A model generated the notes under the pieces. That model was not told the DNA's origin. It searched no databases and saw only the letters and a program-made list of their open reading frames with translations. Positions 23,901 to 36,683 of a stretch of 64,000 nucleotides of DNA are shown in pieces. Position 1 is the stretch's first letter. Each line of letters begins with the position of its first letter. Source of the DNA: Azolla caroliniana (Eukaryota > Plantae > Polypodiophyta); contig JBHGNT010000006.1 in NCBI GenBank assembly GCA_043228905.1, forward strand, positions 19,406,001-19,470,000, in the 5' to 3' direction. The translations under genes were made by a program, and so were the position numbers.

Positions 23901-25065
23901 GATAGAACGACACACAGCTCGGTGATAGGGTATATGCCGACAGAGCTTATGTATGGACAAAAGCCGGTTATGCCCATCGAAAGGACGATCGCCTCATGGG
24001 TAGCGATACCGTGGGAGAACGAGATGAGCCGAGAAGAGTTATTAGCGGCGCGGATAAGGCAACTTGAAAGAAGACCTGAAGATCTAGAAAAAGCGTGAAA
24101 GATGATGGAGGCAGCCCGAGTAAAGAAAAAAGTTCGGTTCGACAACACACATCGACTTCGTCCCAAGAAGATTGAAGAAGGAGATTAGGTTTTGGTTTAC
24201 GACACCAGCCTTGACAATCAACACAGTACAACAAGAAAGTTCACTAGAAGATGGTTCGGGCGGTATGTGGTGACAATTGCCAACGATAATGCCACATACC
24301 ACCTTGCGGAGCTAGACGGATCAAGGTTGGTCGTACCCATTGCGGGAAAAAGAGTAAAGATTTTCAAGAAAAGACAAGACGAGGATCCTGTCCTCGATCA
24401 CCTCGACGATGAACATAATAGGGCGGATGTAAATGAAGACATGGAGGAATCTGATTGATCACCGTAGCCGAAATCTCACTTTCTCTCTTCTTGGCACGTA
24501 CCAGAGGACGTGCGGTTTGGTGGGGGTGGATGTCGTGAAGATTTTCGGCAATCGTGTGAAAATCACATAAAATGTACAAAATCAAGTATGAATCACATAA
24601 AACAATAATAGTGAAGTATCTAAGTACAAAATGATGGAGGTCTTCAAGAGCTTTCGAATGCACTTTATTACACAATAAACGAACAACTAGATGTCAAGAT
24701 ATGAGGATATAAAGTTTGTGAAAGGAAAAGAGAAAACTGTGAGATATCCCACATAGGCACGACAAATACGGCTTTCATCATATATAAGGTAGAGCAAAAG
24801 CTATTATCTTTGTGTCTATGTGTTGAGCATAGAGAGTTCAAGGTAACTTGAACTAAGAGTGTAGGTGGTGTAGCCACTCATAAAGGTTTTGGCCAACCAA
24901 AACCAGACAGACGATGGAGTCGATGATTTGACGGCAACCGGCAAAGCAACGGTGGCACACCGGCAACCGGTGATTCGGCGGAACAAGCATCCGACAGTAT
25001 CGGTATCTGGCAAACCGACGTCCAAATCAATAAATAAATATATATCACACATATTTACACAAGGA

Positions 25066-25137
25066 GGGCAAGTGAGGATTCGAACCTTGCACCTCCTAGT
25101 TAAGAGTCAATAGGCTTACCACTAAGCCATGACATTT
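25066..25137 (-). other. Second copy of the tRNA-derived module, in the 3' LTR
   Basis: Near-identical to 18164-18235. Confidence 0.7.
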
Positions 25138-25612
25138 AATTGAATTTATATTTCTATCATTGTACTTTTACATGTAAATTCTCATACATGAGAGCTAAAA
25201 TGAGTGACATGGTTATCATGCACCACATATAATACATGAGCACCAAATGGCAAACATGCATTTTATGCATGTCTTGTACCCTCACATGCATCATATGCAT
25301 GAGAGCATCTATAAAAGAAGGGATGAAAAAGAAGAAGGGTTAGGTTTTTTTTTGTTATGAAATTAAGAAGAAGAGAATTCATTATCGAATTGATCGTGTA
25401 ACTTGTTTCTTAAAATCTAAAATCAAGAGTTCAATCTTAATCTCTCTCAATCTAAAGTCAAGTGTTCTATTCTATCTCAAGCTCTCTCTCTCTTTCAATC
25501 TATCCTAAATACTTTCTCGCTAAGCTTGGTGCAAACTTCGATCCTTCCGGTCTAGAACCCCGGCGGTTCTGCCTCGCGATCCGTGCCTAGTGACGGATCT
25601 TCACGACACCGT

Positions 25613-26073
25613 GACATAGTCCAGATAACTACTCTTGTCCAGTCCCCGGACGCTTATCGGACATGGAACAGTACCCCGATAGGAGCGGAGCAACTCGCCG
25701 ACATAAGGGAGTGTACCTTTCCCTAGTCAGGATGCCTGGGAGCAGCGGCAAGCACAAAGGCTCGCGGACTCATACGTGCATGCAACAAATTCAGGAGGGG
25801 AATAAGACACGAGCTCAAAGCACAGCCAACACACGACAAGCAGGAGCCACGCAAAAACCCCAACAAAGGGAACTCAACAAACTAATGATTAACATAGAAT
25901 CCAAAGAGTACAATTGGGTGCAACCTGCAACAATGCTTAGCTCTCTCAGGAAAGACGCACACAGACACACACACAGGGAGACAAAACAAAGAATCTCTAG
26001 TAGGGATCACACGAGCTGCCAACGCGAGCAGAGACTTCCTCTCCTTGTTCAAAACGGTGTAGAGCACAAGACA

Positions 26074-26113
<40 letters not shown>

Positions 26114-26450
26114 GAGAACTCTATGCTCAATCAAATAACACTTCCTCCTCCCAATTCCTGGATCCTTTTTCAGTCTTCTCTCCCTCCTTTTATAACTCAA
26201 GGCGAGAGAGAGTTGTTACCTCAGGTAGTTAAGTCAGCCGCTCCCGACATAGAGTTTCCTCGATTCCCTAATGTCAAACTCCCACATTCCTCTCTATCCA
26301 TGCGGGTCTTTAAAGTGCCCATTAACCCTACTACCTAGTAATTACTTGTCCAATGTTATTACATGTTTCACATATAAAGGCTAAACTTTATTTATCCGTG
26401 TAAACACCCATTCCCGTGTGTCTCACTCCGTTTCCCTCTGTGGCCAGAAT
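25613..26450 (-). mobile_element. Remainder of the LTR of the minus-strand gypsy element, with an (AG)n microsatellite at ~26077-26110
   Basis: Follows the CCGT TSD. Minus-strand TATA near 26190. Outer end not defined. Confidence 0.55.
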
Positions 26451-26454
26451 CCTT

Positions 26455-29400
26455 CCCGGCAACGTTCTCTATGTTGAAGCGCCTCAACACCTTTCGGATA
26501 TAGTCCCAGTATGTGTCGAGCTTATCCAAGTTCCTTCATCTCGAACTTGTCATGAAGGCTCCGCTTTAGCTTTCCAATCTAGGCATGATTGTTCCCTGCA
26601 ATCAGCATGTCGTCAACATATAGGATCATATAGACCCGGGACTCGTCGGCCAGTTGCCGAATATACATGCATGGGTCGGAGTTAGACCGGTCGTAACCAA
26701 GTTGTCTGATGTAGGAGTCGAACTTCTGGTACAACATCCTTGGTGCTTGTTTTAAGCCATAAAGTCTTTTCTTCAATCGACATACAAGGTGACCTTCCTC
26801 CCCTATTGTTGTGAAGCCTGCTGGTTGAGACATATAGATGGCTTCTGCAAGTCTCCATGTAGGAATGCTAGCTTGACGTCTAACTACTCGAGCTCTAAGT
26901 CTTTAGTCGCCACGACCCCGAGTAGGAGCCGAAGGGTGGTCATCTTGACTATTGGTGAGAATATCCCATCGTAGTTGACCCCATGTTCTTGTTTGAATCC
27001 TTTAGTGACGACTTGGGCTTTGTCTTTGGGCTTCTCTGAGTCAGATACATATTTGTACCTGAAGACCATTTGCAAGGCAGCGACTTCCTTCCGGCTGGTA
27101 ATTCGACCATCTCCCATGTTTGATTCTGATGAATCGAGTCCATCTTGGATTTCATGGTGTGGATCCATGTGTTGGCGTTAGGCGCGGCTATGGCTTCCTC
27201 GTAGGAGCTTGGTTTGCCTGCATCCGTGTAGTTGACGTAGTCGAGGCCCGATTGATAAAACTCTAATGGCCTTTTGACTCGTCTGGATCTCCAAGATGCC
27301 GATTTTTTTGTTCGATTTCTTCAATCAGCTTGGTTGGCTGATTGGAATTACTTGAACCACCTTCAAGAGTCTTATTGGATGACTCACCCCTGGAATTGGA
27401 TTTCGACGATGTCGAGTCATCCTCCCCTTATTCAAGATTGATCGACAAATTGGTTGTTGCCATGGTTAGTTCTATGCGATCTTTCAATACCTAGGCTAGT
27501 TTGGATACTTTGGTTGTTTTGACTCTGTCTCTTTGACCTCTTGTCAATCTCTTAGTCGAAGCTATTTCGACTACTGGACCTCGTACAGATTCAGAGTCTA
27601 TAGGGGTGGTGTTGGCTCGGTTGATTTCGACTGTTTGTCAAATCTCGGATTCGTCCAGGTGGGTCGGTCCTTCTACAACATCTCTATCGATTTCGAAGGA
27701 AACCTTTTTGCCGATTTTTGGTTGGTTCTACACAAAGAGAATTGAGTCTTCATTGAAGACTACGTCACTATTCCAGATCAGTTTCCAGTTCTCTAGGTCC
27801 ACAACTTGTAGTTGAATTCCCCATCAATTCCATAACTGAGAAATATGCATTTCAATGCATGGGGCACCAACTTGGTCCTTTTCTCCCTAAGGATAAGGCA
27901 TAGGCTTAGCATCCGAATATACGAAGTCTGTCATAGATCGGTTGTTTGCCTAACCATAGTGCTTGTGGCACTTCAAGCCGCATTGCCTTTGACGTTGATA
28001 GATTGGTTAGATAAACTACTATCTGCAGTGCCTTGGCCGAGAATTCCAACTTCAGTCTAGAGTACTAGAACAACCCTCTCCTGGATTGTTCGGTTTATCT
28101 GTTCTGCCACTCCATTCTGCATGGGTGTGTATGGAATGGTCTTTTGGTGCTGGATCCCCTTGTTGGGCACGTACTATTTGAAGGCTTGGGAGGTGTATTC
28201 ACCTCCATTGTCAAATCAGCGTGTCTTCATTTTGTATCTTGATCGGTTCTCCACTTCAATTGTCCATCGAGTGAAGACCTCGAGCCTTTCATCTTTCGAC
28301 CTAATCGATTAGGCCCAGACCTTCCATCTATAGTCATCTACGAATGTGATGAAGTACTAAGAGCCTCCTAGTGATTGCTCGGCAATAGGCCCACATATAT
28401 CTGTGTGCACGAGCTCTAGGGGCTATCTTACTGTCTCATAGTGGAGAGAGTGCGAACTTCCGGTCTGCTTCCCGTAACGACAATATTCGTAGAAGTCCGC
28501 TTTTCACTGGAGCTTTGGGATGTAGCCGATCGGCATCAGTTAGTCCAATCCGCCTTGAGACATATGGCCGAGTCGGCCATGCCATAAGTTTGAGTCCCAC
28601 GATTCGGCTATGTTCACTTCCCCTTTTGGATTGATCGCCATAAGTGGGTACAAGTTATTGTACTTGTGTCTGCTTCCGATTTTTCGATTTCCTCGCAGAT
28701 CATCCATGTCGACTCACTAAGAATCGTTCAGTACCCATCTTCAGCTAGCATGCCAATGGAGACCATACTCCTTCTAAGCGCGGTACATGTCGGACTTGGT
28801 GCAGGGTGATAGTATTGTCGTTCGGCAATTGGATGGTGACCTCTCCGATCCCTGCAATTACGCACTCCTGCCCCTTGCCTAGTCGGATTGTGCCGCTAGC
28901 TCCGGTTGAATAGTTCGAAAACCATTCGATGTCCGGGGTCACATGAAATGTGGCCACATTTGTGCGTCTTGCACACTATTAAGGACTTCTTCGATCATCG
29001 AGTCCTCTAGGGAGAGGATTTCTCCTGATCAGGAGAGGATTTGGTTGCCATTTGGGGAACGGTTTGAGTTGGATCGTCCTGAGTTCCGCTCAAATCGTCG
29101 ATCAATCTCTTTCCTCTTTATCGACAAGCAGTCGGAAACATTGTGACCAGTTTTTCTACAATGTGTGCAGAAGTCACTTGGTCGACGGTTCCTCGACTTT
29201 GACCATTGTTAGTCTCCCTTCTTTCTCGATCGACTGGTGTTCCGACCGGTCCTTCCGACTTGTTCTCTCGATTGGCTCGATCGCTCAATCAACTTGGTTG
29301 AGTGGTGGGTTTTTGCTGACTCATTGATGGTGAGTCCCATCGATTTTCGTTGAATGTCCTCTGTGAGGACTTGGCCAATTGTCTCGTCCAAGTTCCACCT

Positions 29401-29685
29401 AGGGTAGTTGTTGGCGAAAGCCATGCAGAATACCTCCCAATTCGCTGGCAAGTTCAAAAGGAGGGCAAGGGCCTTAACTTCTTCTTCGAAGTTAATCCCT
29501 TGGGAGAAGAGTTCTGACAACACCCGACTAAAGTTGTTGATGTGGGAGGTTGTTGGATCTATCTCTTTCATCTTCATGTTGAATAACGATCGAATCAATA
29601 TAAACTTTGAAGAGGAGGACTTCTTCTCAAATACAACCTATAACTTCTCCCATAATGAGAATGTTGTTGTCTCCTTAGCCATGGT
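26455..29685 (-). mobile_element. Heavily decayed Ty1/copia gag-pol (gag, protease, integrase, RT)
   Basis: LIRSLFNMKM (gag), ATFHVTP (protease), integrase remnants, KGFKQEHGVNY, LYGLKQAPR and LYVDDMLIAG. Many stops. No LTRs seen. Confidence 0.88.
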
Positions 29686-30249
29686 TGTTGATCTATCGAC
29701 AGTCAATTGATGTATCTGACATACTCAATAGGTCGAAAGTTTGACTCCGAACGTTCAATCAAGAAGATTGTGGTAGGAAATTAGACTAATCGCACTATTT
29801 CTATACTCCAGAATTACTACATAGAGAATACTAGTCTGATTGCTAAGCACTAATGATCGACGCAATTAAGAATACGATATAGCCGACACAACAGATATAC
29901 TAACTACTAACTTATATTAATTCAAAATAGAATAATAAAATTACAATGCTCTTGGTCCCTTTTTATAGGTGATCCGAGAGTTTTTCTTTCAAGAATACAC
30001 TTGCCTTGTTTGGCAAGAACTATAACAAAATTGTTTTAACTAACTATTTTTCGACTTGGTAAAAATTAGATTAATTCTATTTTTCCTTTTCAACTCCTAT
30101 TCACATTGTCGACACTGAACATTGCCGACTCCGACTCCGACTTTCTTTCACACTTGTCCGACTCTGACCTCTTCAACACTGTATACCCGACCAACTAACA
30201 CTTGGCAAACCCGTGGGACAATTCCTTACATGATCGAACCCGTACCCTT

Positions 30250-31290
30250 TACTCCTGGTCGTGGACCTCGTCAAGTTCGACATCTTCGTCATCCCCACTT
30301 ACTTCCTCATTTAGAATGTCAAACAATGTTCGTTCCGTTTTAGCTCGGATGTCGGCATCGATCGTATGTTGTTCCTCCTCCGACTGTCGCGTTGATCTGG
30401 TTCCGAGTCAATGTCATCTTCATTTAGTGGTATTGTGTGCACTAAGTCGGCTAGAGAGGTTGGTTTTTCTGTGTTTGGGCCTAATTGGTTAGTCCACTGT
30501 CGGCACTCTTGTTTATATCCATCCAGTCATACAACAATGTCGATCTCATGGGCATCGTATTCCTTCATCAATCGTGTAATCTCCTCCCAGTGGCTTGCAA
30601 TAAGCTCGTATATATCGCATGTCAAACTCTAAGTCGGTAGTGATGGTTTCGTCATCTATTTTGAAGAAGGTTATGCCTTGCTTCTTCCACTTTTCTCTGT
30701 TGGCTCGGAGCAGTTGCAATTCGGTTGCTTGTGCTGACCATGTTTGCCATCCTTTGTCCAATGAGTTGATGACCATCTTTTGTGTTCGAGCCATATGTGC
30801 CCTCAAGATAAGACGCATTGTAGGTTTTTGTAGATGGAGAGTATTCCCCGAAATATGATTGCGGAATGTCTGCTTTGAGGGTATCCATTCCATCATACCC
30901 TTCTCTTTTCAAATTAAGGAATCAATGCACTTGTTTATTTGTGAGTTTGGCGATGTTGATCTCCTTGATGATGGCTTCTACGTGAGGGTGAGGCTCTACG
31001 TCCACTACTCAGAGGTACATATGTAGGCCTTCCATCTCCAGCCATCGTCGTAATCACTCCGATACTTGCATCGGCATGATGTCCTCTACTTCTTCTACGT
31101 AACTCACTTCATTGTTGTCAGTCTTTGATGGAGAAAGCCTGAGCGTTGTGCGGGTGCTCTGCTATTGTCTGTTGCACTCGGTATTTTTGCCTGTGGGAGG
31201 ATGATTCGTGCTTTGTTTGCCTCTATATTTCTGTGTTTTACTTTGACAAAAAAAGTAGCCAAAGGAATTTTTGTGAAAAGATGGGCCATT
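30250..31290 (-). pseudogene. Decayed extra ORF (~340 codons) between integrase and the 3' LTR, function unknown
   Basis: Readable across stops and frameshifts: ...EVSYVEEVEDIMPMQVSE*LRRWLEMEGLHMYL*VVDVEPHPHVEAIIKE...GYDGMDTLKADIPQSYFGEY..., ending in acidic DEDVELDEVHDQE*. Confidence 0.5.
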
Positions 31291-32107
31291 TTTCGAGACA
31301 GAATGTTACAATTAGAATCTGCTATTATTAGCTCTTTAATGACCACCACTCGTAATGAATATCGAATCATAAGATTGCATGTCCATTTATAGTCTGAAAG
31401 GGACAATGCCAAGAATTAATTATGACAAGGTTACTTTTCTGTTACGTGTGTTTCTACCAAGATTTGATTTTTCTTTTTCCATTTTTCGGTTATTTATTTA
31501 TTTATATACTAGTATTTACAATTTTGTCCTATCGTCAGCTTTCACATTGTGGTCGATGGACTACCTATTTCGGCGTCATTGTCGAATGGGTTTGTCGGGG
31601 TCTGTCCCCAATATGGTTTGAGTCAGAACCCATTAACCCATTTAGGCAAGTTTTCTCCAGCTAATGTCCTGAATTGATATGTGCCATTCTTGCTATCGAC
31701 AATCCAGTATGGGCTGGTCCATTGGAATCTTAGTTTTCCCGGCATCAAACCCATTTTCGTTTGGAAAACCAACACCGGTTAACCGACTTTGAATAGCTTC
31801 TCCTTATTGTGTCAGTGTCGATCCACAAACGCCTTAGTTCGCCTCTGCTTCTGCTCCAAGTTATGCATGACTTGTAGCTGACTTTCTTCCATCAACAGAA
31901 GTTGCACCTTTCGCAACTGTTCCGACTGCTCCTCATTGAGTCGTTCGGTAACCTGTATGCACAGTGTCAGATTTTGAAACTCAATAGGCATCACTGCCTC
32001 TAGTCCGAACGCCATTCGGAACGGAGTCGACTTGATCATTGTTTTATAAGTGGTGCGAAAGGCCCATAAAGCACTATGGAGTTTCTGATCCTAGTCAGTT
32101 CGATTTT

Positions 32108-32543
32108 TGTTATCCATAGGACAAAAGGACATGAGGTGTGAAATGAATCTAAAGAGACGAGTAGGTAAAAAGGGAATCGGCCGAGAACTCATAGTCGAGG
32201 AAGGAGAATGAAATATATGCAACCTACAATAAAGGTTGTGAATTAGGGGAAGTAGTTGGAGCACAGAGGCTATATAAATCGTGGAAACAACAGAAGGAAA
32301 GAGAGCGAATAGATATATGCATATGTTATAAGGAAGAGTGACTAGTGTACTCAGCTTGTGTTTCCTTGTAATTGATTGTGTTCCGTAATCAATATACATA
32401 CTTATTGGGTCATCTTTATGTTTGTTTCTGTAACCCGTACTGTCTATTCGACTATTCTTAAGTTGTAAGTAGAATACCGGTTGTGGCCGGTTATCGTGTA
32501 ACTGATTGTCCTATTCGGACCTATCGTACCCTCCTACATAACC
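32108..32543 (+). mobile_element. Probable solo LTR inserted at the integrase break
   Basis: Starts TGTTATCC, ends ...CATAAC, TATATAAA at 32270, non-coding, and it interrupts integrase. Confidence 0.45.
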
Positions 32544-34342
32544 ACGATTCCTTGACTTGATTACTCGGGGAGGGGAGTAATCAAGGTGTATCCCCGAGAA
32601 GGAGATAACAATTTTCATTGATTATTTTTCTCAGAATTATCTGTAGTCGGGTCTCTGATCGCATGCGTGGTCTTTTGTTGCCCACAGGTCTCTCCGAACT
32701 AGACGACATCCATTCCTCTTTTTCTCTACCTATAGCAGATGTAACCGGGCGTGCCAAATTATTGTGTTGATCTGCCGACAATCAACTACTATATCCAACA
32801 AACACAATAGGTCGAACATTCGACTCCGAACCTTCGGTCAAGAAGATTGTGGTAGGAAATCGGTCAAGAAGATTCAAACACAAGACGATTCGAACAAATA
32901 AATCCAACCAACTTAGACAAGCCGACTCGGATGACATACAATCCGGACAACTAGCAAAATCAAGCTAGATTCTGACTTCACCTCTGCAATTTCGGTTGAA
33001 TGCCAACAAAATTGTATGTATACTTGTAACTTAAGATTAGACTTGTAATCTAGGCTTATGGGGGAGATAACCCCAAAAATCAGTTGTATACACAAGAAAG
33101 AGTAGCCCTTTTACAGGGAGTTTGTTGGCATAAAAGGCTGATTCCTTGCACTTTGTATCCTAGTGTGAATATGTCTCATATCTAGGGCATGAGTATATAA
33201 GCTCAACACTAACATTGTAACGATGATCTTCTTGAGTCTTGGAGAGAAAGAGTTATAGAGAAAAAGAGGGAATAAGAACTTCCATTGAAGCTTGAATCTA
33301 AGTCTTTACTATATTGTTTCTTCTTCTTGTCACGTATCTGTGTTGTTTGTTGTTCATGTCACTACAGGTCCTCATACATTCTTCCGCATTCTTTACATCA
33401 GTCGATTAGCCACATCTCGCAAGGAAGTTTCCTCTCCTTGCTCAATGCATGTTTGTGGTACAACAACATCATGATTAGAGTCAACCCTATCACCTACAAT
33501 ACATGGCTTATCAACATCCTTGTTTTTTTATTCTTGTAGGGAAGCATTTCTATGTGTGGTATCATTAATCGTAGGGATCAATTCAAAATCAATTAGACCA
33601 CCATCAATGGGGGTGTTTAGGCACATAGAAGGGCTATGATGAAAGGAAATGTGGCTATTGGTTGCAAACTCGTGCCATTGAAATTTAAAGATCTCGCTCC
33701 ACCCTCTCTATTTTGTTTGCATGTCCCCCTAATTTCACACACCCTATATAATAGGGTTAATCATTGAAAAAAACTATTTGTTGTAGCTGATTTTGGTTGT
33801 TTTCAAGAAATTGTTGTAATTTGAGGGATCTATTTACACTTCATGAAAAAATGTGGTTTCCTTGTCATTTGTATTTGGTTGAGGATTTTACGGATTTTTG
33901 GAGTGAAAATCCAAATATTGAGGAAAAATCTATGCATAGATTTCCTTAGTTATGTGGGAGGTGGAAATCAGAACCAAATTATGAGTAATGTAATAACCAT
34001 CATTAAACCCTCTAGGAGGGATTAAAAACCACAGAGCTAACTCTATAAACATTTTATCAATGGATAAAAAAAGTACCGAAAAGTCGTACTCAAGATAGAG
34101 TACAACGTTATGCAAAGAGGAGAGAGTAAAATATCCTCCAATACATAAGGCCAACATGGTGAAATGACAACCAAAAAATCAATGCAGTAAGTGATGGAGA
34201 TGGTGGATGTCCAAGATGTCAATTGTCAACACTTAATTGTTGTACAACAAGGTTTTGATAAAGGAAGCAAATAAGTGAAATTGAGCTCTTAAGATTCAAC
34301 TATGCACACACAAAAATCAGCTCATCCCACCCCCCCCCCCCC

Positions 34343-34935
34343 TGTAACACCACCGAAATTTCGCGATAAGGGTGGATCGCCGATTGGATTCGAACTCGCG
34401 TGTCTACGTTTTTTGACTAAGGGAAAATATAATTAAGGGAGAGAACTTGGATATGTTGAACCCCGCCCAACCACTCTCTATCCAACTTATATACAAGATC
34501 CTCCTTTTCTCTCATAAGTTTTCCCATATAGTACATAAGTACCTTACATCCGTCATAATGGTATTTAATAGAAGTCATTAGGGAGATTCCCTTCTTCCAC
34601 ATAGGTAGTTGACTTCATTTAAAGATTATTCAAATGCCTAGGGAGATTCCCTTTCCCCACTTAGGTACTTGAGTACTATGGTATTAAATGCACTAGATGT
34701 CACATTCCCCATGTGCACCTTACCTTGGGAATGGTACATGTACCATAAGCCCCATGCTCACACCTTGAGTCATGAGTGTCTTCTCCATCCATCGAGAAGA
34801 CTTAGAAGCCCATGACTCTTACCTCGAGTCATGGGCGCCTTCTCTATCCGTCGAGAAAGGCCCTCACCTCAATCCGTCGAGGTGGGGTGTTGTGGTTCCA
34901 ATCATGGAACCCCTCAACACATCAGATGTGTTACA
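34343..34935. mobile_element. Solo LTR (593 bp) inserted in a poly-C tract
   Basis: Perfect terminal inverted repeats TGTAACAC/GTGTTACA with CCCCC on both flanks. Confidence 0.75.
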
Positions 34936-36079
34936 CCCCCCACCCCCCCTCTTTCTCAATTTTAAAAAATGGGTAAATGTATGCAACTTGTAAGCATGTA
35001 TATTTGTGATTTTGTTCACAGTATATTTAAAAAATAACAAAAGAGCATCCATGGTCCATTCACACACACATAAAGTGTGAGGCCAAAAACACTAACACTT
35101 GGTACCATGCCAATATAATTGTTGAGTTGTGAAATGTATGATAGGTACTTAAACCTCCCCCCGACCTAATGAGTGCAACTCCTCAGTGCAGTTTCCTAGA
35201 TGTGGTCTACAGAGTCAAGGAAGGTTGGAGAGGTGGATGGTGTTGGAGGCGGGGATGAAGTGGAAGATGTGGAAGTCGTGGACAAAGGGGAGGGAAACTT
35301 GGTTCAAAAGAGGGAGAATTATATGTAGGGAAGAGGGGGAGGTGATGAGGATGTGGTTGGGGTGGAGATGGGATTGATGTAAGTAGGGTGGTGTAGGACA
35401 ATGTGTGAACAAGTTGATAGGCGGGAAGTGGGTGTGTTGTCGTGCGGTAGCATGTGCAAAGGGAGTAAAAGACCGAAATGTCAAGTTTCATAATAGATTA
35501 GGTTGAACTGACCACCAAGGGAAAATGTGAAGTTGAAGACAACATAAGTGAAGATAGATTTTCTAGATCGCTTATTGAACCTACATCTATTTCCAAATTA
35601 CTTGTCTTGGGTTTTTGCAAGTATTTCTTGGTCCCACTTTAAAACCTTGACAAAATGCCTAAGATAAATCATGGTAAAACTCAATTCCACCCATCCTCGA
35701 TAATCTTGACCATCATGGCGTGCTCGAGAAAGAATTGGTGAATGCAAATGCATTACCATCAAGTTATCGATGAAGTTTGTGTGACAATGAAGTAATTATA
35801 CAACCCACTAAAATACAGAAGTCAATGGACACTAACAAAAATTGGATTGTTGCAATTATATTGAAATTTGAATTTGCAACAATAATGAAAAAGACGTAAT
35901 CTATGTAAAAAAATAAGAATTAATTGCAAAAATGTAACTATTGTCAAGGCTGAGGTTTCACCAACAAATCATAGTACACCTCATAAAGGCATGCAGAAAA
36001 GCTAAAACAATCCATGAACAAAACCAATTAGCATATGATGAGAATAACTATAGAATGTAGCTATTGCTCTCAGCCATGT

Positions 36080-36356
36080 ATGTACACAAGAGAAGGTACA
36101 ATAAATGTTAGAAGAGGAGGCATTACAAGTTGTACCTATTGATTGAGCTGGCTTTTCATGTAATCCACATAAATGTTTCATATTTGTGCATGACATAAAA
36201 TCATGCAAATAAGATTTGTGCTATGTACACAAGAGAAGGTACAATAAATGTTAGAAGAGGAGGCATTGCAATCCGTAACTATGGATTGAGCTGGCTTTTC
36301 ATGTAATCCACATAAATGTTTCATATTTGTGCAAGACATAAAAACATGCAAATAAG
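36080..36356. repeat. Tandem duplication, unit ~143 bp x2
   Basis: atgtacacaagagaaggtacaataaatgttagaagaggaggcatt...catgcaaataag occurs twice. Confidence 0.85.
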
Positions 36357-36683
36357 CCATACAACACGTTAGCGAAGGCTACTTGGAATACGAGAAGCCC
36401 AAATCTCGGACCGTTTGGATATCACAAGAGAACAAGGCTTGGAATCAGAACATATTCAAATACGCATAAGAAGAAGCTCTTAACTTGGGACTGTAGTCTG
36501 TGAACGGACAATATATATATATAAAACAACAAGGGAGGTAGCTAGTCGCGAGACCTGATGGACGAGAGATGGGAGAAGAGAAAAAGGTAGTGTTATGGTA
36601 TAAACGTGTGGTGACAAAAGGTGGGAACTTGCTTGCGTTGCAGTCACCACTGAAGAAGAAGAAGACGAAGAAGAAGGCGGCAC

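Larger units (their letters stand above)
17595..25608 (+). mobile_element. Full-length but mutated non-chromovirus Ty3/gypsy element (Phygy/Selgy-like by inference); LTRs 17595-18708 and 24531-25608
   Basis: ~1.1-kb LTR pair TGTC...GACA, 4-bp TSD CCGT, PBS at 18717-18734, PPT GGTGGGGGTGGA at 24519-24530. Gag zinc knuckle (CMWCDSMDHIRRDC), protease, RT (LPQG, FLDD), RNase H and integrase (H-H-C-C, ADRGE, EANGKIER). Several stops and frameshifts. Confidence 0.95.
29686..33130 (-). mobile_element. Tat/Athila-like Ty3/gypsy remnant: 3' LTR 29686-30200, extra ORF, integrase C-terminus (31620-32100), PBS and part of a 5' LTR from 32765
   Basis: ~95-bp direct repeat TGTTGATC... at 29686 and 32765. 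Minus-strand TATA-like motif in both. PBS TGGCACGCCCGGT at 32756-32744. Integrase ALWAFRTTYK, TPFRMAFGLEAVMPIE, GKLRFQWTSPY. Confidence 0.7.

Noticed and set aside
35186-35491. Pro/His-rich or Gly/Trp-rich ORFs
   Set aside because: These arise from a low-complexity purine-rich tract. No domain is recognisable.
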